Source of the DNA: Spirochaetia bacterium
GTDB lineage: Bacteria > Spirochaetota > Spirochaetia > CAKZLE01
Direction of reading: 5' to 3'
Assembly: GCA_963677595.1 (NCBI GenBank)
Contig: OY782041.1
Coordinates: forward strand, 864,001-928,000
Length of the DNA: 64,000 nucleotides
Made by a program: the position numbers and the translations under genes. Below, one piece after another: positions 9,030 to 20,296 of this stretch (position 1 is its first letter; the number at the start of each line of letters is the position of its first letter). The notes under the pieces are model-generated. The model made no database searches and was not told the origin of the DNA. It saw nothing but the letters and a program-made list of their open reading frames with translations.

Positions 9030-10543
9030 CTGTTCATCTCACCTGCCAATCTGTTCACGGCATAGAGACATGCCTTGATGCTGGCCTCCACGACATCAGT
9101 ACTGACACCGCGGCCCTTGTATACCCGCTCATCCGACCGGATCCGTACCGAGACCTCGCCCTGGGCATCCTTCCCGCCGGTGACGGCATGGATGTTGTAC
9201 TCCTCGAGGGTGAAGGGGATGCCGGTGATACGTTCGATCGCCTTGAAGGAGGCATCGACAGGCCCGTCACCGGTAGCCACATCCTGGAACTTCTTCCCGT
9301 CCCTGCTCAAGGTCATGCAGGAGGTCGCCGTCATCATGTTGCCTGAGTTGATGACGAACCGCACGAGCTTGTAGGTCTCCCTGGTGTCAGTGGAGCGGTT
9401 CTCGATCAGCGCCTCGATGTCACGGTCGGAGACGACCTTCTTCTTGTCCGCAAGCACCTTGAACTGCTTGAAGACCTCATCCATCTCGGCCTTGTCGTCA
9501 GTCGGGAACCCGAGTGACTGCACCCGGTCGATGAAGGCATGGCGGCCGGAGTGCTTGCCGAGCACCATCTTGTTCTCATGGAGCCCGATCGATCCCGGGG
9601 TCATGATCTCATAGGTCTCGGTGTGTGCAAGGACACCGTGCTGGTGGATCCCTGACTCATGGGCGAAGGCGTTCGCCCCCACGATCGCTTTGTTGGGCTG
9701 GACCGACACACCGGTGATCGTCGAGAGCAGCCGGCTCGTCCGGTAGATCTCTGTGGTCTTGATGTTCGTCTCAAGATCATAGAAATCCTTCCTCGTATTG
9801 AGGATCATGGCGATCTCCTCGAGAGCCGCGTTCCCTGCCCGCTCCCCGATGCCGTTGATCGTGCATTCGAGCTGGGTCGCACCGGCCTTTGCCGCTGCGA
9901 GGGTGTTCGCCACCCCGAGCCCGAGGTCGTTATGGCAGTGGACCGAGATGATCGCCTTGTCGATGTTCGGGACATTGTTCCTGATCGCCGAGATGAGGGC
10001 GCCGTACTCGTCCGGGGTCGTGTACCCGACGGTATCGGGGACATTGATGACAGAAGCCCCTGCATCGATGACCGCCTCGAAGACCCGGTAGAGGAACTCC
10101 CAGTCACTCCGGGAGGCATCCTCGGCTGAGAACTCGATGTTGCCGCAGAGGTTGCGGGCATAGGCGACCATGTCGCGGGCCTGGGAGAGGACATCCTCCG
10201 GGTCCATCTTCAGCTTGTACTGCATATGGATCGGGGAGGTCGCGATGAAGGTATGGATCCGCGGGCTCACTGCCTTCTGCACAGCACCCCAGGATGCATC
10301 TATATCCTTCTTGAGCGCCCGTGAGAGCGATGCTACCGTACTGTTCTTCACGGCTGCGGAGACAGCCTCGATGGCTGCGAAGTCACCGGGGGAAGCGATA
10401 GCGAAACCGGCTTCCATGACATCGACCTGCAGGGCTTCCAGCTGTTTTGCCAACCGCACCTTCTCATCGAGGTTCATGCTGTAGCCCGGTGCCTGTTCTC
10501 CATCCCGTAATGTCGTATCAAAAATATAAACTCGTCCTGCCAT
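9026..10543 (-). CDS. leuA: 2-isopropylmalate synthase
   Basis: DTTLRDGEQ, PDTVG, HCHNDLG, GIGERAGN, HESGIHQHG, LGKHSG. Confidence 0.96.
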   Translation of the reverse strand: MAGRVYIFDTTLRDGEQAPGYSMNLDEKVRLAKQLEALQVDVMEAGFAIASPGDFAAIEAVSAAVKNSTVASLSRALKKDIDASWGAVQKAVSPRIHTFIATSPIHMQYKLKMDPEDVLSQARDMVAYARNLCGNIEFSAEDASRSDWEFLYRVFEAVIDAGASVINVPDTVGYTTPDEYGALISAIRNNVPNIDKAIISVHCHNDLGLGVANTLAAAKAGATQLECTINGIGERAGNAALEEIAMILNTRKDFYDLETNIKTTEIYRTSRLLSTITGVSVQPNKAIVGANAFAHESGIHQHGVLAHTETYEIMTPGSIGLHENKMVLGKHSGRHAFIDRVQSLGFPTDDKAEMDEVFKQFKVLADKKKVVSDRDIEALIENRSTDTRETYKLVRFVINSGNMMTATSCMTLSRDGKKFQDVATGDGPVDASFKAIERITGIPFTLEEYNIHAVTGGKDAQGEVSVRIRSDERVYKGRGVSTDVVEASIKACLYAVNRLAGEMNR

Positions 10544-10575
10544 CTCCTGTTCGCTCCTTACAATTCGACTTCACA

Positions 10576-10605
10576 TCTGTCCGGCAGGCGAACCTGCCGG
10601 GCAGA
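10576..10605 (-). terminator. Strong intergenic hairpin between ilvC and leuA (stabiliser or partial terminator)
   Basis: Minus strand TCTGCCCGGCAGG-TTCG-CCTGCCGGACAGA with a UUCG loop and no U tract. Confidence 0.6.
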
Positions 10606-10619
10606 CTACTCATGGTATG

Positions 10620-12135
<1,516 letters not shown>

Positions 12136-12221
12136 ACTCAACTCCTTTACGCATTGTCTCTCATGCTTTAAACATTCATGAACAGGGAGTGCCATGCCCT
12201 CACCACCCATGATATACGATT

Positions 12222-12258
12222 CCTAGGAGAGATGCATCAACAGACACCACTCCCTAGG
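12222..12258 (-). promoter_or_regulatory. Candidate attenuator hairpin downstream of the ilv-leu leader peptide
   Basis: Minus strand CCTAGGGAGTGGTGTC...GATGCATCTCTCCTAGG imperfect stem about 35 nt after the leader stop; lacks a U tract. Confidence 0.55.
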
Positions 12259-12291
12259 CCTTTTATCACTGACCTTTGGCTACGGTAAGCA

Positions 12292-12543
12292 CTATAGGCT
12301 GATAATTACGAGGTTAATAAGGGTAATAAGAATTACTAGAACGGGCAGAAGTACAATCACGGGAGTGACTGCAGATAGTATCAGGGAGATACTCACGACA
12401 GAGAGGAGGAGAAGAAGGGATACGATTAAGAACGCCTTGAAAGATTCGGGTTGTTGTCCTGTTTGCTCAGACCGCTTCGCCATCCAGTCACTGTATGAGG
12501 GACGACGACTCGTGCGGGAGCAATTCTCCATACACATTGTCAT
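12292..12543 (-). CDS. Putative ilv-leu operon leader peptide (83 aa, Ile/Leu/Val-rich C-terminal half)
   Basis: 33 of the last 45 codons are Ile/Leu/Val, many of them rare (CTA, TTA, ATA, GTA, ATT, CTT); AGAGGT RBS; lies between the promoter and ilvN. Confidence 0.78.
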   Translation of the reverse strand: MTMCMENCSRTSRRPSYSDWMAKRSEQTGQQPESFKAFLIVSLLLLLSVVSISLILSAVTPVIVLLPVLVILITLINLVIISL

Positions 12544-12573
12544 AATATACCTCTGTATATACGTATTTGTCTT

Positions 12574-12602
12574 AATGTATAACCCTGCGGTGAGATAGTC
12601 AA
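12574..12602 (-). promoter_or_regulatory. Sigma70 promoter of the leader/ilv-leu operon
   Basis: Minus strand TTGACT-N17-TACATT. Confidence 0.6.
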
Positions 12603-12702
12603 GAAGCATCATGAATTTTATCAGTATATTTCCTGCATAAATATTACCCTTTTTGCATAATTCATATTGCTAATCTTAATCCCGTGCTTTATGCTCCTGA
12701 CT

Positions 12703-14001
12703 ATGAACAAGACTATCGCACGACACAGCATCGGAGGAACGGTGCTCGTCCCCTCCTCGAAGTCCCAGACGATCCGGGCGCTGCTCATAGCGACTATGGC
12801 AGACGGGAAGAGCACGATTCTCAACCCACTCCGCTCGCAGGACACGCTCTCCTGCCTGGAGGCCTGCAGAGCCTTCGGGGCCGGGATTACCGAGATCTCC
12901 GACGGCTGGGAGGTCACCGGGATCTCCGCATCCCTCCCCTCTGCTGAACCGCTCGTGATAGATACCGGGAACTCCGGCACGACTCTCTACCTCGGGGCAG
13001 GGATCGCCGCTTCGCTCGGCAGGCCGGTGATCTTCACCGGGGACGAGCAGATCAGGAGCCGGCCGGTAGCTCCGCTGCTGAAAGCCTTCGAGGACCTCGG
13101 GGCACAGATCAGCTTCGAGATCGACCAGTCCCTCGGACTGGAGGAATCACTGAAGGAGGGCTGCCCCCCCTTCATGATCACCGGGCCGCTCAAGGGAGGG
13201 TTCACCTCCATCGAGTGCCCGACGAGCCAGTACCTCTCATCGCTGCTCCTTGCCGCCCCGCTTGCGGAGGACCAGTCGATCATAGAGGTGCCGCTGCTCA
13301 ACGAGCGGCCCTACGTGGGGATGACCGAGGCATGGCTTGCCGAGCAGGGCATCCGCTACTCATCCTCCCCGGACGATGTCTTCATCGTCGAACCGGGCCA
13401 GCACTATACCCCCTACAGCAGGGCGGTCTCCGGTGACTTCTCCTCCGCCTCGTTCTTCTTCTGTGCGGCGGCTATCACCGGATGCACCCTCACCCTCGAA
13501 GGACTCGACCCTGATGACACCCAGGGTGATAAAGATATCCTCCATGCTCTCGAACAGATGGGCTGCTCTATCTCATGGGAAGGCCACAGCGTGACGGTCA
13601 CCGGGCCGGAAGACGGGCTGAAGGGAGGTATCTCCCTCGATCTCAACCCGATCCCCGACACCCTGCCGGTCCTGGCAGCGACTGCCTGCTTCGCCGACGG
13701 TGAGGTTCGCCTGGAGAACGTGCCGCAGGCACGGATCAAGGAGACGGACAGGATCGCCGTCATGTGCAGCGAACTGGCGAGACTCGGTGCCGATATCTCC
13801 GAACTGCCCGACGGGCTCGTGATCAGGGGGACCGGTTCCCTCACCGGCGGGACCGTCTCAGGCCATGGGGACCACCGGGTGATCATGGCCTGTGCGACAG
13901 CCGCCCTTGCCTGTGATGAGGAGATCACCATCGAGGGAACAGATGCTGTCGATATCACTTGTCCCGACTTCTTTACTCTGTTAGACTCTATCATGAAATA
14001 A
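12703..14001 (+). CDS. aroA: 3-phosphoshikimate 1-carboxyvinyltransferase (EPSP synthase)
   Basis: PSSKSQTIR, GNSGTT, SQYLSSLL, GDFSSA, RIKETDRI, GDHRVIM; TTGCTA-N17-TATGCT lies 7 nt upstream of the ATG. Confidence 0.95.
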   Translation: MNKTIARHSIGGTVLVPSSKSQTIRALLIATMADGKSTILNPLRSQDTLSCLEACRAFGAGITEISDGWEVTGISASLPSAEPLVIDTGNSGTTLYLGAGIAASLGRPVIFTGDEQIRSRPVAPLLKAFEDLGAQISFEIDQSLGLEESLKEGCPPFMITGPLKGGFTSIECPTSQYLSSLLLAAPLAEDQSIIEVPLLNERPYVGMTEAWLAEQGIRYSSSPDDVFIVEPGQHYTPYSRAVSGDFSSASFFFCAAAITGCTLTLEGLDPDDTQGDKDILHALEQMGCSISWEGHSVTVTGPEDGLKGGISLDLNPIPDTLPVLAATACFADGEVRLENVPQARIKETDRIAVMCSELARLGADISELPDGLVIRGTGSLTGGTVSGHGDHRVIMACATAALACDEEITIEGTDAVDITCPDFFTLLDSIMK

Positions 14002-14019
14002 GAGCAACAGGAGTCTTAC

Positions 14020-15027
14020 ATGACAGATCTCAGAAGTGACACGACCACAAGACCCTCAAAAGCTATGAGGGAAGCCATGATGCATGCCGAGGTAGGCGAC
14101 GACGTCTACCGGGAGGATCCGACGATGAACCGCCTCGAGGAGACGGCCGCACGGATCACCGGCAAGGAGGCTGCCCTCTTCGTCTCGTCAGGTTCCATGG
14201 GGAACCTGATCTCGCTCTACATCAACGGCGGCCGGGGCAACGAGGTGCTGACCAGTCGCGACAGCCATATCCTCCTCCACGAGGTGGGTTCCCCCGCAGC
14301 CGTGGCAGGCGTCCTGCCGATCGGGCTTGATGCCGACCGGGGCATCCTCGATGCACGGACGATCGCGGCCCATCTCCATCCCAGCGATTATGCGGTCTCG
14401 CCTGTCACCCTCATCGAGGTCGAGAACACCATGAACGGTACCTGCTACCCGCAGGAGAACCTTCATGCGATACGGTCCCTGGCTGATACCCACGGGTTGA
14501 AGGTCCACATGGACGGGGCACGCCTCTTCAATGCCGTGGTCGCCCAGAAGACCTCTGCACAGTCCATCTGCCGCTATGCAGACACGGTGAGCTTCTGCCT
14601 CTCCAAGGGCCTCGGGGCACCGGTGGGCAGCATGCTCTGCGGCTCTCAGGAGTTCATCGACCGGGCCCTTGCCGTGAGGAAACTCCTCGGGGGCGGCATG
14701 CGCCAGGTCGGGATCCTCGCCGCTGCCGGTCTCTACGCCCTCGAGCACAATGTCGAGCGGTTGGCCGATGACCACCGGCGGGCACAGCAGATCGCAGAAG
14801 CACTTTCCGCATCCAGCTGGGCAGAGGTTGACCCGGCAACCGTCGAGACGAACATCATCTTCTTCCACACCCCGGACGTGGATGCCGCTGAGGCAGTGAG
14901 GCGGCTTGCCGAGAAGGGTATCCTCTGCTTCGCCATGAACGGTGAGGAGATCAGGATGGTGACCCATCTCGACATCACCGATGAGGATGTGGAGAAGACA
15001 GCCAGGGCCGTGAAGAGCCTCTTCTGA
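14020..15027 (+). CDS. ltaE: Low-specificity L-threonine aldolase
   Basis: DLRSDT, GDDVYREDPT, HMDGARLFNA, CLSKGLGAPVG (PLP lysine). Confidence 0.93.
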   Translation: MTDLRSDTTTRPSKAMREAMMHAEVGDDVYREDPTMNRLEETAARITGKEAALFVSSGSMGNLISLYINGGRGNEVLTSRDSHILLHEVGSPAAVAGVLPIGLDADRGILDARTIAAHLHPSDYAVSPVTLIEVENTMNGTCYPQENLHAIRSLADTHGLKVHMDGARLFNAVVAQKTSAQSICRYADTVSFCLSKGLGAPVGSMLCGSQEFIDRALAVRKLLGGGMRQVGILAAAGLYALEHNVERLADDHRRAQQIAEALSASSWAEVDPATVETNIIFFHTPDVDAAEAVRRLAEKGILCFAMNGEEIRMVTHLDITDEDVEKTARAVKSLF

Positions 15028-15168
15028 ACCTACCGAAACCCTATCTTGACACCACTCTATCAGACTGTATCAATATACTGTTTTTATACCGAAAACTGCA
15101 TATTGTGTGGACAAAACAGGTCTTCTACCGTATAGTGAAGTTTTAAGATTCATGGAGGTACTAAACGT

Positions 15169-16164
15169 ATGAAAAAGATTCTATCATTACTCATCCTGAT
15201 CACACTCATCGCCGCTCCAGTGTTTGCCCAGGGGGGCATGGAAGACGAAGGCAAGATCAAAGTCGGTTTCTCGAAGATCATCCAGCACCCGGCACTCGAC
15301 GCAGTCGAGCAGGGCGTCATGGACGTCCTCACTGAAGAGGGTGTCAATGTCTCATTCGATCTTCAGAACGCTAACGGCGATATGACCACCGCGAACTCCA
15401 TCGCCCAGAAGTTCAAGGCAGACAAGGTGGACTTCGCAGTCGGTATCGCGACCCCGACCGCACAGGCCCTTGCCAACGTCATCACTGACGGGGTGGTCAT
15501 CTACTCGGCAGTCACCGACCCGGTAGCTGCAGGACTCGTAGAATCATACGATAAAGGATATATGAACATCACCGGTGTCTCTGACATGACCCCGGTAGAT
15601 GCACAGGTCAAGATGCTCAAGGACCTTGCGGGCGTCACCAAGCTCGGCCACGTCTACACCAGCGGTGAGGCGAATGCAGTACTGCTCGCAGACATGACCA
15701 AGGCTGCCTGTGAGAAATACGGGATCAAGTTCGTTCCCGCAGCAGTCACCAACACCTCAGAGGTGAAGCAGGCTATTCAGTCCATCGCTGACAAGATCGA
15801 CGGTCTCTATGTCTCTACCGACAACACCGTCGTCTCAGCTATGCCTTCACTCGTGGATGTTGCGAACACCAAGGGTATCCCGGTACTTACCGCTGACCCG
15901 ACCTCCTCTACGGGTATCGGACTCGAAGTCCTGATCGCCTGGGGCTTCGACTACTACAAGGTCGGACGAGCTACCGGGTTCCTCATCAAGGACATCATCG
16001 ACGGTGCTAAGCCTGCTGACATCGGGACAGTCTTCATGACCGAGGCTTCTGACATCGAACTCTGGATCAACCTCGACAATGCCAAGAAACTCGGGATCGA
16101 GATCCCTGAGGAGATGATCAGGAATGCGACTGCCGTCATCGAGAATGGAGAGACCAAGTATTAA
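15169..16164 (+). CDS. ABC transporter substrate-binding protein (ABC_sub_bind, aromatic amino-acid type)
   Basis: Signal peptide; QHPALDA, NANGD, IATPTAQ, AVTDPV, TDNTV motifs. Confidence 0.88.
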   Translation: MKKILSLLILITLIAAPVFAQGGMEDEGKIKVGFSKIIQHPALDAVEQGVMDVLTEEGVNVSFDLQNANGDMTTANSIAQKFKADKVDFAVGIATPTAQALANVITDGVVIYSAVTDPVAAGLVESYDKGYMNITGVSDMTPVDAQVKMLKDLAGVTKLGHVYTSGEANAVLLADMTKAACEKYGIKFVPAAVTNTSEVKQAIQSIADKIDGLYVSTDNTVVSAMPSLVDVANTKGIPVLTADPTSSTGIGLEVLIAWGFDYYKVGRATGFLIKDIIDGAKPADIGTVFMTEASDIELWINLDNAKKLGIEIPEEMIRNATAVIENGETKY

Positions 16165-16166
16165 TC

Positions 16167-17063
16167 ATGATTGAAGGAATTATTGTCGACGGCCTGATCT
16201 TCTCATTACTGGCACTGGGAGTGTTCATCAGCTTCAGGATCCTGGACTTCCCGGACCTGACGGTTGACGGATCGTTTGCTACTGGTGCCGCGATTGCGGC
16301 TATATGCATCATCAACGGTCTCGGCATCCTCGTTGCCACGCTCCTCGCCTTCATCGGCGGGGCGCTGGCCGGGGTACTTACCGCTGCCATTCACACGAAA
16401 CTCAAGATCCCGAACCTCCTGTCCGGGATCCTGGTCATGACCATGCTCTACTCGATCAACATCAGGATCCTCGGGGGACGGGCGAATGTCCCGCTGCTCA
16501 GGATCGATACGCTGTTCACCAAGGTGATCAGTCTCGGCGGGGCCATGCCGAGGGAGTACAGCCTGCTGATCTTCATGGTCCTCTTCGTGGGGATCATCAA
16601 GGTGCTCACCGATACCTTCTTCCGTACGGACCTCGGCATCACGCTCGGTGCGCTCGGGAACAATGAGCAGATGATCAAGACCAACGGGGTCAACCCCGAC
16701 ACCATCAAGGTCATCGGCCTTGCCCTCTCGAACGGCCTGGTCGCCCTCTCCGGGGCACTCCTCGGCCAGTACCAGGGGTTCGCTGATGCGAAACTCGGGC
16801 AGGGGATGATCGTTGAGGGACTCGCGGCAGTCATGCTCGGGGAGTTCCTCCTCAGGTCCAACAAGATCTTCTACATCACGTTGAGGATCGTGCTCGGGGC
16901 TATCCTCTACAAGGGCATCATGTTCTTCGGGCGGTACTACGGGTACTACATCCACATGACACCAAGCGACCTGAAGATGATCACCAGTATCCTGGTCATC
17001 CTCTCCCTGGTCATCGCCAAGAGTCAGGAAGCCGCTGGACAGAGGAGGAAAGAACGAAAATGA
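16167..17063 (+). CDS. ABC transporter permease (BPD_transp_2)
   Basis: Hydrophobic; FRILDFPDLTVDGSF, SNGLVALSG, GQGMIV. Confidence 0.9.
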   Translation: MIEGIIVDGLIFSLLALGVFISFRILDFPDLTVDGSFATGAAIAAICIINGLGILVATLLAFIGGALAGVLTAAIHTKLKIPNLLSGILVMTMLYSINIRILGGRANVPLLRIDTLFTKVISLGGAMPREYSLLIFMVLFVGIIKVLTDTFFRTDLGITLGALGNNEQMIKTNGVNPDTIKVIGLALSNGLVALSGALLGQYQGFADAKLGQGMIVEGLAAVMLGEFLLRSNKIFYITLRIVLGAILYKGIMFFGRYYGYYIHMTPSDLKMITSILVILSLVIAKSQEAAGQRRKERK

Positions 17064-17854
17064 TCAGACTCGAATCAATCTCAAAAGTCTTTCATCCCGG
17101 TACGGTGAATGAGAACCTGGCAATGAACAAGGTCTCCCTGAACGTGAACCCGGGGGACTTCATCACGATCGTCGGAAGCAACGGGGCGGGAAAGACCACC
17201 CTGTTCAACCTCATCTCAGGATCGATCTTCCCCAGCGGGGGAACGATCCACATCCACGATGAGGAGATGACGAAGGTGCCTGAGTACAGGCGTGCGAAAT
17301 ACATCGGGAGGATCTTCCAGGACCCTACCCTCGGTACGGCTGCGAACATGTCTCTCGAAGACAATATGGTCATCTGCAGCAAGAAGGGGTTCAAGGGTAT
17401 CAGGATGAGCCTCAACCATGCACTTCGCAGGAAGTTCTCTGAAGAGCTCAAGCCGCTCGACATGGGGCTCGAGAACCGGCTGAAGGACAATGTCGGCCTG
17501 CTCTCGGGAGGCCAGAGGCAGGCCCTCACCCTCCTGATGACCGTCCTCTCCCGTCCTGACCTGCTGCTGCTCGATGAGCATACCGCAGCCCTGGACCCGA
17601 GGAACGCCCAGATCGTCCTGGACCTGACCCAGCAGTTCATCACTGATTACAACCTCACGGCTATGATGATCACCCACAACATGAAGCACGCCATCGACTA
17701 CGGCAACCGGCTGCTCATGATGGACAAGGGGGAGATCATCCTCGATGTCGCCGGCGAGGAGAAGGAACGGCTCACCGTCGATGCCCTCGTGAAGAAGTTC
17801 CACGAGATCAGGCGGGTCGAGTACGCGACCGACGAGGACCTCCTGGTGACCTGA
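17060..17854 (+). CDS. ABC transporter ATP-binding protein
   Basis: GSNGAGKT, LSGGQRQ, LLLDEHTAALDP, ITH. Confidence 0.93.
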   Translation: MIRLESISKVFHPGTVNENLAMNKVSLNVNPGDFITIVGSNGAGKTTLFNLISGSIFPSGGTIHIHDEEMTKVPEYRRAKYIGRIFQDPTLGTAANMSLEDNMVICSKKGFKGIRMSLNHALRRKFSEELKPLDMGLENRLKDNVGLLSGGQRQALTLLMTVLSRPDLLLLDEHTAALDPRNAQIVLDLTQQFITDYNLTAMMITHNMKHAIDYGNRLLMMDKGEIILDVAGEEKERLTVDALVKKFHEIRRVEYATDEDLLVT

Positions 17855-17882
17855 AGAAACCGGGATTAATTTTGGAACTATC

Positions 17883-17917
17883 GAAGCAGCAGGTTTGAAT
17901 CCTGCTGCTTCTTTTTA
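17883..17917 (+). terminator. Rho-independent terminator of the ABC operon
   Basis: GAAGCAGCAGG-N7-CCTGCTGCTTC followed by T5. Confidence 0.88.
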
Positions 17918-17951
17918 TATACTGACGGTAACGAGCAGCAGGAGTGATTAG

Positions 17952-18860
17952 ATGGATGTATTGAGGATCAGCGAAGAGATAGCGGAGGCCTTAAGAACCG
18001 GGAAGCCGGTCGTGGCCCTGGAGACGACGATCGTCTCCCATGGGATGCCCTACCCGGAGAACGTCGAGACAGCACGGCTGCTCGAGCGGACGGTCAGGGA
18101 GAATGGTGCAGTCCCGGCGACGATCGCCATCCTGGGGGGCAAGGTCCATGTAGGGATCACGGAGGATGAACTCGAGTTCCTCGCCACCAGCGATGCTATC
18201 ATAAAGGCCAGCAGGCGGGACTTGCCCGTTGTCTTCGCCAAGGGACTCCATGCAGCCACCACGGTCGCCACCACCATGATCTGTGCCAATATGGCCGGGA
18301 TCAGGATCTTCGCCACCGGCGGGGTCGGGGGCGTCCACCGCGGGGCCCAGCGGACCTTCGACATCTCGGCAGACCTCCAGGAACTCGGCAGGACGAATGT
18401 CGCCGTCATCTCGGCAGGCTCGAAGTCGATCCTCGACCTCCCCCTCACCCGCGAGTACCTCGAGACCCTCGGGGTCCCAGTCCTCGGTTACGGGACCGAC
18501 GAGCTGCCAGCCTTCTACACCCGGGAGAGCGGGCTTTCCGTCGACTTCCGGGTAGACTCCCCTGAAGAGGCCGCTGCCGTCCTCCATGCGAAATGGGACA
18601 ATAGCCTCGACGGCGGCGTCATGATCACCAACCCGATCCCAAAGGAGTACGCCCTCGACAAGGCCTATATAGATGCCATGATCGAGGAAGCCGTCTCGAA
18701 CGCCCGGGAGCAGGGGATCGAGGGCAAGGAGGTGACCCCCTTCCTGCTGGACCGGGTCAAGGAGCTGTCCGGGGGAAGGAGCCTGAAGGCGAACATCGAG
18801 CTGGTCAGGAACAATGCAGCCGTCGCGGCACGGATCGCTGAAGCATACTGGAGGGACTGA
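17952..18860 (+). CDS. psuG: Pseudouridine-5'-phosphate glycosidase
   Basis: VALETTIVSHGMPYP, ATTVATTM, ATGGVGGVHRG, DISADL, VTPFLL. Confidence 0.93.
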   Translation: MDVLRISEEIAEALRTGKPVVALETTIVSHGMPYPENVETARLLERTVRENGAVPATIAILGGKVHVGITEDELEFLATSDAIIKASRRDLPVVFAKGLHAATTVATTMICANMAGIRIFATGGVGGVHRGAQRTFDISADLQELGRTNVAVISAGSKSILDLPLTREYLETLGVPVLGYGTDELPAFYTRESGLSVDFRVDSPEEAAAVLHAKWDNSLDGGVMITNPIPKEYALDKAYIDAMIEEAVSNAREQGIEGKEVTPFLLDRVKELSGGRSLKANIELVRNNAAVAARIAEAYWRD

Positions 18861-20053
18861 TGGGACGATTTGACTTTGACCTGCCGATACACAGGGGCGG
18901 GACCGACTCGGTCAAGTGGGACCCGAGAACGCTCGAGCTGCTCACCGGGTCTGCGACTGCACTGCCCATGTGGGTTGCGGACATGGACTTCACCGCACCT
19001 GCGGAGGTGATCGATACCCTGAAAGAACGATCGCTACACGGCGTGTTCGGGTACCCGAGCGAGACTGCCGTCGAGGGGACCCTTGCATCCTTCCACAGGT
19101 GGGCAGAGACCCGTCACCAGTGGACTATCCCCTCAGGGGAAGCCCTCTACTCACCGGGATTGCTGACCTCGATCGCCATCCTCATGAACCAGCTGACCGA
19201 ACCGGGAGACGGGATCCTCATCCAGACCCCGGACTACAAGCCATTCTTCGACATGGTACACCGCAATGGGCGGATCTTCGTGGAGAATCCTCTCTCCTAC
19301 GACCGGGAGGGCCGACGGTTCACCCTCGATCTCGAGGATCTCGAAAGGAAACTCTCTTCGGGGAAGGTCAAACTCATGGTCTTCTGTTCCCCCCACAACC
19401 CGGCAGGCCGGGTCTGGACCGGGGAGGAGATCAGTGAGGTTCTGCTCCTCTGCGACCGGTACGGTGTGCAGGTCATCTCTGATGAGATCCATGCCGACAT
19501 GGTCCTTGATGCGCATACCCACATACCACTGGCAATGGCAGGGAGGGAGATGAGCCTCCCGCCCATCACCTGCATGGCTCCGTCGAAGACCTTCAACATC
19601 GCCGGGGAACATTTCTCCCTGACGATCATCCCGGACCCGAACGTCAGGGAAGGGTTCAGGAAGAACCTGCAGCGGCTGAACCTCTCGCATCCGGGAGTCC
19701 TCATCCTCAATGCAGCGCGGGCTGCATACGACCATGGGGGACCCTGGCTTGATGAGCTGCTAGGATACCTGCAGGGGAATATAGCGGTGATGGAGAAGAG
19801 ATTCAAAGGACTTCGGACGCTGAGGCTGATCAGGCCGGAAGCGAGCTTCATCGCCTTCATCGATGCTGAAGGCTTGCTGCAGGAGGCAGGGGACAGGAGC
19901 CTCGCCACCTATATCGCGGGGAGGTGTGACGTGGCCCTCCATGACGGGCTCTGGTTCGGGGAGAGGGGCCGGGGATTCGTCCGTATCAACTACGGGACCC
20001 AGCGGGACCGTCTCAAGGATGCCCTTGACCGGTTCTCGGCAGCCGGGCTATGA
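18860..20053 (+). CDS. PatB/MalY-family PLP-dependent C-S lyase
   Basis: SVKWD, PMWVADMDF, CSPHNPAGRVW, SDEIHAD, APSKTFNIAG. Confidence 0.92.
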   Translation: MGRFDFDLPIHRGGTDSVKWDPRTLELLTGSATALPMWVADMDFTAPAEVIDTLKERSLHGVFGYPSETAVEGTLASFHRWAETRHQWTIPSGEALYSPGLLTSIAILMNQLTEPGDGILIQTPDYKPFFDMVHRNGRIFVENPLSYDREGRRFTLDLEDLERKLSSGKVKLMVFCSPHNPAGRVWTGEEISEVLLLCDRYGVQVISDEIHADMVLDAHTHIPLAMAGREMSLPPITCMAPSKTFNIAGEHFSLTIIPDPNVREGFRKNLQRLNLSHPGVLILNAARAAYDHGGPWLDELLGYLQGNIAVMEKRFKGLRTLRLIRPEASFIAFIDAEGLLQEAGDRSLATYIAGRCDVALHDGLWFGERGRGFVRINYGTQRDRLKDALDRFSAAGL

Positions 20054-20296
20054 CCTGAAGAACCCCATCCCCTTCGGCGGGGTATACTCCCCGAGCACGG
20101 AGAGAGCCTCCTCCGCTGCCTCCACATCCTCCTCGAGGACGAGGATCCGGTAGCCGGAGGTGAAGGTCACCCCCGGGTAACTCCCGCCGGCATCGTCACT
20201 GGAGAGGAAACAGGTGATCTGTGCATCCTCCAGGAGCCCTTTTGCCGCATCAGCCTCGAACCGCTGTTTGTATTCCCGTATGACTACAGATCCCAT
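20048..20296 (-). CDS. DUF2007-like small protein (putative signal-transducing)
   Basis: EADAAKGLLEDAQI...RILVLEEDVEAAEEAL pattern; GAGGA RBS overlapping the addA end. Confidence 0.7.
   Translation of the reverse strand: MGSVVIREYKQRFEADAAKGLLEDAQITCFLSSDDAGGSYPGVTFTSGYRILVLEEDVEAAEEALSVLGEYTPPKGMGFFRS

Noticed and set aside
8079-9065. Long antisense or alternate-frame ORFs (also 30191-31189, 47390-48361, 55927-56973, 53154-53885 and many shorter ones)
   Set aside because: They are shadows of well-supported genes in GC-rich DNA with strong codon bias, and have no motifs or RBS.
12136-12290. T-box riboswitch upstream of ilvN (GGGTGG and GAGTGG words are present)
   Set aside because: There is no proper T-box consensus (GGTGGNACC), no recognisable stem I and no U-tailed terminator; the leader peptide explains the region better.
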